Below, piece by piece: positions 7,941 to 16,805 of a DNA stretch of 16,856 nt (position 1 is its first letter; every line of letters begins with the position of its first letter). The position numbers and the translations under genes were made by a program. Source of the DNA: an uncultured Nitrososphaerota archaeon. GTDB taxonomy: Archaea > Thermoproteota > EX4484-205 > JAAOZO01. Below the pieces are notes generated by a model that had not been told where the DNA came from, searched no databases, and saw nothing but the letters and a program-made list of their open reading frames with translations. Where the stretch lies: contig CAYOYV010000020.1 of assembly GCA_964408285.1 (NCBI GenBank), positions 1-16,856 of the forward strand. The letters run 5' to 3'.

Positions 7941-8378
7941 ATGTCTGGACGGGAAGAAAGGATTCGTCGGGATACTGAATTAGCGTCTATGGGACTTACC
8001 TTGGTGAGTCACTACGGGGAGGAGGCGTTGGATGCATTCGTCGAGTGGAACCACGACAAAACTAGGGACAGGTGGAGGGAAATCTCTAGATCGACGCAGA
8101 GGAAAGACCCTCAATATCTGTTCTGCCTCTTCAGCAAGGAGGCCCATGAGTTCGAGGTAATCAGGAAGGATGAGAAGTCCCTCGAGGTGAAGGTCACTAA
8201 ATGCGTCCATGCAGATACCTTCAGAGAGCTGAACGCCTCTCATGTCGGACAGAAATTGATATGCAGCGGGGACGAACCAGTGACTGAAGGCTTCAACCCA
8301 AAGATAAAGTTCACGAGGCCAAAGCTTCTAATGGCCGGTGATGATGTGTGCCATTTCATATGGGAACTTCAGGAGTGA
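7941..8378 (+). CDS. L-2-amino-thiazoline-4-carboxylic acid hydrolase-like (ATC_hydrolase / V4R-like) protein
   Basis: Family pattern VTKC..A..F.....C..D.....GFNP.I.F.R.K.LM.GD..C.F. Start placed after SD-like GGTGAG (alternative ATG 7929). Confidence 0.85.
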   Translation: MSGREERIRRDTELASMGLTLVSHYGEEALDAFVEWNHDKTRDRWREISRSTQRKDPQYLFCLFSKEAHEFEVIRKDEKSLEVKVTKCVHADTFRELNASHVGQKLICSGDEPVTEGFNPKIKFTRPKLLMAGDDVCHFIWELQE

Positions 8379-8426
8379 AAGACCGGTGAATTCATCTCTC
8401 GTGCGCGGATCATGCAATAATCTTGG

Positions 8427-11400
8427 GTGAACCTCGTGGTTTCTTACGACGACTTGATGCGCGAGTCACATCCGATTGACCTGTCAGCATTCCCCCCGCC
8501 GCCCATTGTAAAGCTCAAGGATATGTCCATTGATACTGTGTTGATTTCCGATGGAAAGCCAAGAGCAACAATAGTCATCGATGGGAATGGCAAATATGCG
8601 ATGCTTGCAGAAAGAATACAGGGAGGAATCAAGGAGGCAACCGGTACGGAGTTACCAATAATGCGTGATAGCCAGATCCAGTTGCCATTTCAAGAGAACC
8701 TTATCATCTTGGGCAATCGCTGCACCAATGCAGTCATCGAAAAGCTCTACAATCTGTACTATGCTTACCTCGACCTGAGGTACCCCGGCATAGGTGGCTA
8801 CGAAGTGCGTTCTCTGCACAATCCCTTCGGAAATGGCTTTAATGCAATTCTCGTGGGCAGCAGCAACGATCATGGCATGTCGGAGGCAGTCGATGAGTTA
8901 ATGAGAATCGTGAGTCAGGCAGCTCGGACTGATTCGCTCGTCCTCGGATGGGTCATGCGAATCAGATTGGGCAGTGGCAAGGTCCCCCCCGAGAATGCAA
9001 ATGATTGCCCTTCATGGGAAGACTGTGTGGGGTACAAGCCGGGCACATATTTCGGTTGGAACAGCATCAGCCGCAACATGGCTCTGTACTACATGACGGC
9101 AGATGAGAAGTTCGCAAATGAGTTCCTAAGACTTACGCAACCGGATGCAAAAGCTATCGAGGAGATGTGGAGCTTAGATGGCGAGCGGATTGAAGACAAG
9201 AACCGCCCTCTCTCCGGCCCGTATCACTACAACGCACATTTGATGATTCTGCTGTGGGATCTGATTGAGGAGAGCCCTCTTCTTACCGATGAGCAAAGGC
9301 TCCGCATCACACAGGCTTTTGCAGAACAGCTGAGGCATTGGCAGGCAGAGGAGTGGTGTTATGCAGGAAAGAGGTTTGGTGATCCTAAAGCGGTAGTGGG
9401 CTCACGGCACGACCAGTATCAGGCGCTTTCACTCTATTGTCTTGCTCGCTACTTCTGCAAGTATTATCCCCACATCGTGTGGCAGAGAAATCTCGAAGCG
9501 GCCCAATATCTGTTCTCGTCTCTCTCGAGATCAGCTCAATTGGCCGGGGAGCTTGACCATTTGTGGTGGCTCAGCACCGGCCTAGAGCCTGTCATGAGTT
9601 ACATGCTGATAGGCGATGACAGTCGCGCTCTCGAAAGCGGAGTCCTGCAAGCTGTCCTACGAGCGTATGATGCGATAATCAGTTGCGAGCATGATGACGA
9701 GCACCTTCGCTATCAGTCGATTTCATTTGCGCATAAGGCAACCTACTTGATTGGCGACAATCGGTTCCTTTACTACCGCAACCTCACTAACCTTGACCTG
9801 TCCATCTTTCGCATAGGGCAATCCTTCCTTCCAGTGGAGGACTTGGAACGGAGGCCCACCGAGCTTGCCAACCGTATAGTGGTTGCGCCGATACAGATTG
9901 AGCGGTGGCATGTCCATCCCGAACAGATGTACCCATATAGATGTCCCGTTTCGACACCAATCCCATATGAACAGGCCTTCAGGTTCCTAAGCTATCGCAC
10001 GGGCGTGACAGAGAAAGACGACTATCTGATGATCGACGGATTCAATGAGGGCGTTGTCAATCCATATCACTGCTTTGCCATATACAAGCTGCGCATAAAC
10101 GACAAGATCCTATTGCACGGATATCTGAACGAGTTCATTCTGCGTCACGGGGGTTTGACTGAGCACTCGATTCCAATAGCGTCGGCACTCAAAGTGCAGA
10201 ATGTCTTCGGAGATGTCGCCCACATTGAAGCAGAGGTGCCCAATTTCTCATTCGGGAGCTGGCTGCGAAGAATCCTCCATGTGGCGAGATCTTGGACGCT
10301 GGTGATTGACGAATTCGTCCCGAACAGGAATCTTGATGATCTCGAGATGACAACACAATGGCAATTGCCCTCATCACCACAGGTCATCGATGATATGTGG
10401 CTTGAATATCCAACTGGCAGTGCACGAGCTGCGATTGTACCATGGGAGCACAGCTTTCTCAAAGTGATCGAGGGCATTCGTAAGGAAGACACTCCACAAT
10501 CAAGGATGATGCTTCACGTGACTAATGATGTTGCGCAATCCATAGTGAGAGCTAGGGCGAAGTCTGGGAACACATTTCGAATCATGACTCTTCTAGGACT
10601 GCAGCCAGCAGAAGGTGAGCTGAGGTGTTCGAAGTTGAACGATCAAGCGGCCCTAATTGAGACGCCGGAACTCACTCTGGCGGCAATCGGCAGCGTCGAA
10701 ATATCCGGCTCACAAGTACGAATCCAAGCTGAAGTTGCGCTTATTGGGGAAAATTTCATCTATGCTAGCAACGCCCATCGAATCACGATTGGAATCCCGA
10801 TCCTCGAAGCGCCAGAGCCCATCACTTTGTTCTGGAACCTCTCTTCTGGTGAGCTTGACCTTTTCTGCGATGAGCCCGCTGCGTTGGGAATGGCGGTGTG
10901 TTCGGGTGGCATGCTCCTCGTCGACAACCATCATGCTCAAGTCACTCATGCAGTCGGAGATGTGGTTTGGATTCGTCTCGAGCGCGGTCAGCATAGGATC
11001 ACTGGAGCCATCTCAAACGCTACAACAACTCTCAAAGAGCAGCTCAATCGACTGAGAGAAAGGACCTCAGGGCCTCCTTCGTGCGTAACTGTAGCTGAAC
11101 GATTTGCCACATTGCCTCAACTCAGGACTATTTCTGCTGTGCAAATTGATGGCCCCGCTAAAAGAGTGCTTCCAGGTCCAGTCCGCGGGGGTTCCTCATG
11201 TGCATACATCATTTCCGAGAGAGACGCATATCTGTTGTCCGCGAATGGAAAGCTGGAGAAGCGGATTGAACTTGAGACGAAAATAATGTCTGCGGCATAC
11301 TGGCAAGAAGTCGATCTGTTGCTCTTGGGTGGCTCGAATGACGTAGTGTATGCTTTCAATGGCGAGGGCGAGCTCAGATGGGCATTCAGATCAGAGATGG

Positions 11401-12263
11401 ATCCTGATGTGCAGAAGACGGGGAAGACTTACTGGTTCAAGGATGCGTTACCAGGTGTCAGAGGGCTGGCCACCGGCAGTTTGACTAGCGGCAGAACGCA
11501 GGCCTTTGTTGGCAGTGCATGCACGATTGAGGTCCTTGATCCTGATGGTGACCTGGTCAAAAGGCTGCCGCAATTCTGGGGTTGTTGTGTCGTCATGAAC
11601 GTCGTCGCGAAATCCGATGGGTCACGCAAGCTGCTTGTTTCCAAATGGCCAAACGGAGTCAATGACATCGGAGTAATCGATGGTCAAGATTGGTCGATAA
11701 CCTATGCTTACACTGCGTTGCCCGAGGGCCATACTAGGATACCAGACTGGACCGCAATGGACACGCCGCATATTCTCGTAGATGACATAAATGGGGATGG
11801 AAAAATGGAAGTCATACTTGATGTAAACGGCTCATGGAACTACCTTTGCGTCTATGATGCAGATTTCAAGCCGCTTTGGGCTCTCAGCTTTGGTCCGTCT
11901 CTACTGCCGCCGCACCGTCACATGCGAGACCTCCAAGTGGCCGATATTGATGGCGATGGTCTTAAGGAGATCATTGTTGCGACAGAAAACGGGACTGTGT
12001 CTGCATTCAGCCACGATGGCAGACGCAAATGGTTTGTGGATGGAGCACCTCCTACATGTCTATGCATTGTACGGGAGCGCAGTGCATCCAAGCTGGCAAT
12101 TGGCCACGAGGATGGCACAATTCTGGTCCTTGACGCAGCAGGTAGGGCCATCTCCAGATCCAAACTGAACGGATCCATTCAAGCCTTGCACGCTTTGGAT
12201 TCCTTAGAGGCTGGAATGGTTGCAGGAACAAGTCAGGGCAAAGTCGAGATACTTCGGCTATGA
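8427..12263 (+). CDS. Large multidomain protein: hexosaminidase/GH67-domain-2-like N-terminus, helical + beta-sandwich (heparinase II/III-like) core, C-terminal PQQ/FG-GAP-like beta-propeller
   Basis: 1278-aa ORF. ATIVI...LAERIQ..IKEATGTELPI; WLRRILHV...LVIDE; GELRWAF, GRRKWFV; Ca-binding-type DINGDGKMEV and DIDGDGLKEII. The CDS is solid, the domain calls are by eye. Start is GTG 8427 or a nearby ATG. Confidence 0.7.
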   Translation: MNLVVSYDDLMRESHPIDLSAFPPPPIVKLKDMSIDTVLISDGKPRATIVIDGNGKYAMLAERIQGGIKEATGTELPIMRDSQIQLPFQENLIILGNRCTNAVIEKLYNLYYAYLDLRYPGIGGYEVRSLHNPFGNGFNAILVGSSNDHGMSEAVDELMRIVSQAARTDSLVLGWVMRIRLGSGKVPPENANDCPSWEDCVGYKPGTYFGWNSISRNMALYYMTADEKFANEFLRLTQPDAKAIEEMWSLDGERIEDKNRPLSGPYHYNAHLMILLWDLIEESPLLTDEQRLRITQAFAEQLRHWQAEEWCYAGKRFGDPKAVVGSRHDQYQALSLYCLARYFCKYYPHIVWQRNLEAAQYLFSSLSRSAQLAGELDHLWWLSTGLEPVMSYMLIGDDSRALESGVLQAVLRAYDAIISCEHDDEHLRYQSISFAHKATYLIGDNRFLYYRNLTNLDLSIFRIGQSFLPVEDLERRPTELANRIVVAPIQIERWHVHPEQMYPYRCPVSTPIPYEQAFRFLSYRTGVTEKDDYLMIDGFNEGVVNPYHCFAIYKLRINDKILLHGYLNEFILRHGGLTEHSIPIASALKVQNVFGDVAHIEAEVPNFSFGSWLRRILHVARSWTLVIDEFVPNRNLDDLEMTTQWQLPSSPQVIDDMWLEYPTGSARAAIVPWEHSFLKVIEGIRKEDTPQSRMMLHVTNDVAQSIVRARAKSGNTFRIMTLLGLQPAEGELRCSKLNDQAALIETPELTLAAIGSVEISGSQVRIQAEVALIGENFIYASNAHRITIGIPILEAPEPITLFWNLSSGELDLFCDEPAALGMAVCSGGMLLVDNHHAQVTHAVGDVVWIRLERGQHRITGAISNATTTLKEQLNRLRERTSGPPSCVTVAERFATLPQLRTISAVQIDGPAKRVLPGPVRGGSSCAYIISERDAYLLSANGKLEKRIELETKIMSAAYWQEVDLLLLGGSNDVVYAFNGEGELRWAFRSEMDPDVQKTGKTYWFKDALPGVRGLATGSLTSGRTQAFVGSACTIEVLDPDGDLVKRLPQFWGCCVVMNVVAKSDGSRKLLVSKWPNGVNDIGVIDGQDWSITYAYTALPEGHTRIPDWTAMDTPHILVDDINGDGKMEVILDVNGSWNYLCVYDADFKPLWALSFGPSLLPPHRHMRDLQVADIDGDGLKEIIVATENGTVSAFSHDGRRKWFVDGAPPTCLCIVRERSASKLAIGHEDGTILVLDAAGRAISRSKLNGSIQALHALDSLEAGMVAGTSQGKVEILRL

Positions 12264-12462
12264 CTTGCTACTGATTGCGTTCGGTTACCGCGCGCACGAT
12301 CCTCGTCCCTTCAGCGCGAATCTTCTGTAGAGTCAGCCTCTTGCGAGGCACTTCGGTCGGCCCGCCGTATCCCAACGCATTTCCGCGGTCTGATACCTTC
12401 TCCTCAGAATCCCGATGTGAATTACCCCGATATCGAATTGGATCAAGGCCATTCGGGATACG

Positions 12463-12469
12463 TTTTTAT
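12463..12469 (+). promoter_or_regulatory. Putative TATA box of the kinase-STAND-TPR gene
   Basis: TTTTTAT about 35 nt upstream of TTG 12504, which is preceded by GAGAGG. Confidence 0.45.
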
Positions 12470-12503
12470 GGTCGCTCATCCCGGCGAAAATCGAGAGGCG
12501 TTC

Positions 12504-15500
12504 TTGTCCGCTCTTGGACATCTGCAGAATGACAGGTATGTCCTACTAAAGAAGCTCGGAGAAGGAGGGAAGGGAATCGTATATAAGGCTAGGGATACGA
12601 TTCTGAATCGCATTGTCGCTATCAAGATGCTCAAGGGCGGAATGCTAACCGAGGAGGATTATTCTCGCTTCATGCGTGAAGCACAGACGGTGGCGCAACT
12701 TAATCATCCAAACATAGTTTCCATCTACGACATCGGCAAAGAGGGAGAGAAGCACTTTTTCGTCCTTGAATTCGTCGAAGGGATGAGTCTACGTGACCTT
12801 ATGACAACATATTCAGAAGGCAAATGCGACGCACAAACCATCTTGCGAATTGGCATTGGTATTTGCAGTGCGCTTCAGTATGCACATTCTCAAGGAGTTC
12901 TGCACCGAGACATAAAACCCGAGAACATCCTGATCACTGAAGAAGGCGTTGCTAAGCTGATGGATTTCGGCTTGGCAAGAATGCTTGGTCAACCCAACAT
13001 CACGCAGGAAGGCATCATAATTGGGACACCGGCCTACGTTCCCCCCGAGATCGCATTAGGAAAAGGAGCTGACGCTAGGTCTGACCTCTACTCATTCGGG
13101 GCAGTCCTCTATGAGACAATCGCTGGAAGACTACTTTTCCCCGGAGAAGAACCGATAAAGATCATCTTCGGTCACATTCATGACCATCCAGTTTCGCTGA
13201 GCAAACTGAATCCGAGAGTCCCCCAGGCTCTGGCTGACTGCATCATGAAGCTCCTGCAGAAAGATCCAGACAACAGATACCAGACGGCTTCCGATTTCCT
13301 CAGGGTGTTGAAAGAGATTGCCGAAAGCTCCTTGGGAGAAGTTCCTGCGCTCTCTCCTAAGCCTCGCATTGTCGTCCCAAGTCCTCGTCGGCCTGCCTTG
13401 AAGGAGATTCAGCTCATAGACAGGGTAGAGGAGATGGGTGTTCTGAGGGAGGCTGTCGACAGGGCCGTTCAGGGCGAAGGCGGTGTTGTCTTTCTGTACG
13501 GAGAGGCTGGAATCGGCAAGACGCGTTTGGCGAGGGAGCTAGGAACCTACGCTCGCCTACGGGGGATGGAAGTCCTGTATGGAAGATGCCCGGCGCTTTT
13601 CAGAATGGATGGCGTTCCTCCCTATATATTATGGAGTGAAGTGATCAAGGACTATCTGCAAGCATGCACTCCTGAACATCTATACAAAGTCATCGGCTAT
13701 TATCCAAGTGAGGTCTGCAAAATGGTTCCCGAGGTCAGGAATAAGCTCGGCGCGATTCCCCCATCGTTGCCCATAAGTCCTGAACATGAGCGTGACAGGC
13801 TTTTTGAGGCGATTTCACAGTTCATGACAAACATTTCCAAGGAGACTCCTCTGCTTGTCATTCTGGATGATTTACAGTGGACGGATCAATCTTCGCTTCT
13901 GCTTCTCCACTATATGACCCGTGGCATCCAAAAGGAATCCTTGTTTCTCCTAGGCGATTACCGTGACACAGATGTTGATGAGAAGCACCCTCTAACCCCG
14001 GTTCTCGCAGAAATGAACAGGGAACGCTTGTTCCAATCCATTCGATTAGAGCGGATGTCCTTCGATCATACCTCCCAGATGGTAAAAGGCATTCTCGAAC
14101 AGGATGAGGTGCCAGAGGCATTTTGCCAACTGGTCTACGCAAAGACGAGGGGAAACCCATTCTTCGCTGAAGAGGTGATAAAGTCCCTGAAAGAGGAGAA
14201 AGTCATCTACCGTGAGGAAAACAGATGGAAGATAAAAGAAGTCTCGAAGATCGAGTTTCCGAAGACGGTAAAGAGTGTTATCAGAGCAAGAATAGGTCGT
14301 CTCGATGATGAGTGCCAGAACGTGTTGACTCTGGCTTGTTTCATCGGGAACGATTTCTCTTTTGAGGCCCTGCATGCAGTCACTGGACTCGAAGAGGACA
14401 AACTCCTCGAAATACTGGAAAAAGCCCTCAAGACCGGATTGATAAAGGAGCGATTAATTCGTGGAGAGGAAGTCTATTCTTTCGCAGATATCATCATCAG
14501 AGATGCCGTTCACGAGGAGGTCAGCCTTCTGAGGCATAAGAGGCTTCATGGCGCTGTTGGAAGTGCATTGGAGAAGGTATATGCTATGAAGATTGATGAA
14601 CATCTCGGGGAACTCGCCTATCACTTTCTTGAGGGTGGAGATAAGGAGAAGGCCCTAGCATATTTCCTAAAGGCCGCAGACAAGGCCAAGGGAATCTATG
14701 CCAACAACGAGGCCGCCTCCTACTTACGCTCTGCCCTTGGGTTGCTTGAGGAAAAGGAAGGTGCAACCCGGGAAAGAGCTCGAGTCCTTGAAAGTCTGGG
14801 CGACATCGGAAAACTTGACGGCAAATACGACGATTGCATAAGAAGTTGGGGCGATGCGCTTCCTCTCTGGAAGCAATCTGATGAGAGAATGAATGTCGCA
14901 AGGCTGCATCGCAAGATGGCAGGCGTTTTCTGGATGAATGTGGGGAATAGAGAAAAGGCCAAGGAACATCATCAGGAGGCATTGAAGATCTTGGAGGCCG
15001 AGCCCGAAAGCGTTGAATTGGCAAGCCTCTATGAGGACATGGCAGGCATGGTTGCGATGGGAGCCAGTGGAGGCATGGCTCAGGCTCTTTCTTTGAGCGA
15101 GAAGGCCATTGATCTCGCCATTAGGCTGAACGCCTACGAGACCATCGCACGTTCATACGTTTGGGCTGCGGAGATCCACAAGTGGCTCGGGGACAGCAAG
15201 AGAGCTGCTGAGTACTGTGAGAAATCGTTGAAAATAGCGCTTGACAATGGCTACCTGGAGACCGCTGCATGGGCGTATGATGACCTTTCCCATTTCGCTC
15301 TCGAAATGAAAAGGGAAAGACGACTAGAGCTTAGGGAAAAGGGATTCGAACTCGCAAAAAAGGTGGGGTCTATAGAATGGATAGCTATGTTTGGCCTGAA
15401 ACTGGCGCAGAACTACGCTGAAATGGGTAATCTGAACAAAGCAATTTCCATGTTGGAAGAATCTGTTTCTCTGAGCAGAAAGGCCACAAACTTGATTGAG

Positions 15501-16160
15501 CTCACTTGGTCATTGGGCTGGCTGGGACTTTTCTATGATATATTGGGAGAAACAGATAAGAGCGAATTGTGCTTGAACGAAGCTTTTTCCATTTCACAAG
15601 GACTTGATGACTTTCAGGCTATCATGACCGGTTTCACTGCGTTAGGGTGGTCCCATTTCAGAAAAGGGGAGTATGCAAAGGCCAAGGAACTCATGGAGAA
15701 AGGTTATGAAGCTGCGGAAAAACACGGGGTGAAGGCCATACAATGGTCTCGGTGGATCATCAGAACATACATAGAGCTCGGGGAAACCGACAAGGCCAAC
15801 GCTCTGATAGAAAGTCTGCAGGAGTTTGCCTTCAAAGAGAACGAGAGAACACTTGCTGCCGAGGCATGTCTATTAAAGGGGAATCTGCTACGTGCCCAGA
15901 AGAAATGGGAAGATTCAATTGAGCAGTTCGATAGGGGGATCAAAGAGTTAGAGGCTTTGGGCGCGAGGCAATGGGACAAGTACGATTTCGCGGACCTTGC
16001 TCTCATCGAATACGCTCGCGTCTACTTGGAAAGAAATCAAGAGGGGGACAGAGAGAAGGCAGACAAGCTTCTCAATGAAGCACTTGGAATCTTCCAGAAA
16101 ATGGGGGCAAGAAAGGACATAGAAAAAGTGATAGGAAAGAAGAAGATGCTCACGGCATGA
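12504..16160 (+). CDS. Ser/Thr protein kinase - STAND (AAA_16, SWACOS-type) NTPase - TPR protein
   Basis: Hanks kinase motifs LGEGGKGIVY, VAIK, HRDIKPEN, DFG, GTPAYVPPE and DLYSFG. Walker A GEAGIGKT (13500-13523), Walker B LLVILDD (13851-13871), TRGNPFFAEE, then a TPR array from ~14630. Start likely TTG 12504 rather than GTG 12417. Confidence 0.95.
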   Translation: MSALGHLQNDRYVLLKKLGEGGKGIVYKARDTILNRIVAIKMLKGGMLTEEDYSRFMREAQTVAQLNHPNIVSIYDIGKEGEKHFFVLEFVEGMSLRDLMTTYSEGKCDAQTILRIGIGICSALQYAHSQGVLHRDIKPENILITEEGVAKLMDFGLARMLGQPNITQEGIIIGTPAYVPPEIALGKGADARSDLYSFGAVLYETIAGRLLFPGEEPIKIIFGHIHDHPVSLSKLNPRVPQALADCIMKLLQKDPDNRYQTASDFLRVLKEIAESSLGEVPALSPKPRIVVPSPRRPALKEIQLIDRVEEMGVLREAVDRAVQGEGGVVFLYGEAGIGKTRLARELGTYARLRGMEVLYGRCPALFRMDGVPPYILWSEVIKDYLQACTPEHLYKVIGYYPSEVCKMVPEVRNKLGAIPPSLPISPEHERDRLFEAISQFMTNISKETPLLVILDDLQWTDQSSLLLLHYMTRGIQKESLFLLGDYRDTDVDEKHPLTPVLAEMNRERLFQSIRLERMSFDHTSQMVKGILEQDEVPEAFCQLVYAKTRGNPFFAEEVIKSLKEEKVIYREENRWKIKEVSKIEFPKTVKSVIRARIGRLDDECQNVLTLACFIGNDFSFEALHAVTGLEEDKLLEILEKALKTGLIKERLIRGEEVYSFADIIIRDAVHEEVSLLRHKRLHGAVGSALEKVYAMKIDEHLGELAYHFLEGGDKEKALAYFLKAADKAKGIYANNEAASYLRSALGLLEEKEGATRERARVLESLGDIGKLDGKYDDCIRSWGDALPLWKQSDERMNVARLHRKMAGVFWMNVGNREKAKEHHQEALKILEAEPESVELASLYEDMAGMVAMGASGGMAQALSLSEKAIDLAIRLNAYETIARSYVWAAEIHKWLGDSKRAAEYCEKSLKIALDNGYLETAAWAYDDLSHFALEMKRERRLELREKGFELAKKVGSIEWIAMFGLKLAQNYAEMGNLNKAISMLEESVSLSRKATNLIELTWSLGWLGLFYDILGETDKSELCLNEAFSISQGLDDFQAIMTGFTALGWSHFRKGEYAKAKELMEKGYEAAEKHGVKAIQWSRWIIRTYIELGETDKANALIESLQEFAFKENERTLAAEACLLKGNLLRAQKKWEDSIEQFDRGIKELEALGARQWDKYDFADLALIEYARVYLERNQEGDREKADKLLNEALGIFQKMGARKDIEKVIGKKKMLTA

Positions 16161-16202
16161 GATCGCAGGGGGTGTGCAAAGGCGCATGTGGCGTAAGCAC
16201 AC

Positions 16203-16214
16203 CAAAACATTAAT
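16203..16214 (+). promoter_or_regulatory. Possible BRE/TATA promoter
   Basis: CAAAACATTAAT upstream of the PPOX-family gene. Confidence 0.35.
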
Positions 16215-16257
16215 CAAAGAACGTGTTGAGGATCTAGAACGCTAGGTGCGTAGGTGT

Positions 16258-16731
16258 TTGACATATACCCAGTCGCCTCCCCTTACGGAGGAAGAAATCG
16301 AGTCCCTTATCAGGAAGGCCAAGATCGCGAGATTCTGCAGCTTCAATGCCGACGGGACAATACATGCCGTTCCTGTGTGGTATGAGTATAAGGATGGAAG
16401 AATCACAGTAGCAACCCCTTCTTCCAGCCGCAAAGCCAAGAATGTCAGGCGCGATACGAAGGTGACACTCTTGATTGATGTCTCAGAGGGAGGGGTACAG
16501 CCGAAGGGCGTCATAATATATGGTAAGGCGGATCCAGATCGCATGACTGATCTTCAGATTGATGAGGCGATTTCGTTGTGCGAGAGATACATGTCAAGAG
16601 ACAAGGCCCAAAGCTACGCCCAAGGTCTGTTGAATCTGACGAGATGGGTGAAGATAGTCGTAATACCGGAGCGCATGTCTTCGTTCGATTATGAGAAGGA
16701 TGTCGCATATAAGACTGCCGTCGGCGAGTAG
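16258..16731 (+). CDS. Pyridoxamine 5'-phosphate oxidase family (split-barrel FMN/F420-binding) protein
   Basis: LTEEEIESLI...ARF....DGTIHAVPVWY....I...T...SRKAKNVRRD.KVTLLID...GVIIYGKA. Start is TTG 16258 (after AGGTG) or GTG 16246. Confidence 0.9.
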   Translation: MTYTQSPPLTEEEIESLIRKAKIARFCSFNADGTIHAVPVWYEYKDGRITVATPSSSRKAKNVRRDTKVTLLIDVSEGGVQPKGVIIYGKADPDRMTDLQIDEAISLCERYMSRDKAQSYAQGLLNLTRWVKIVVIPERMSSFDYEKDVAYKTAVGE

Positions 16732-16742
16732 TTTCTCTCTTT
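16732..16742 (+). terminator. Possible pyrimidine-tract terminator
   Basis: TTTCTCTCTTT immediately after the stop codon. Confidence 0.35.
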
Positions 16743-16805
16743 AATCGCACGCGCGGTCATCCCTGCCCACAGATGGCAGGATTGAATGATGCGAAGTGCG
16801 CGAGG

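Noticed and set aside
12275-12532. Short ORFs 12275..12532 (+), 12333..12521 (-) and the GTG 12417 extension of the kinase
   Set aside because: They look like translated intergenic DNA; TATA-like and SD-like elements point to TTG 12504.
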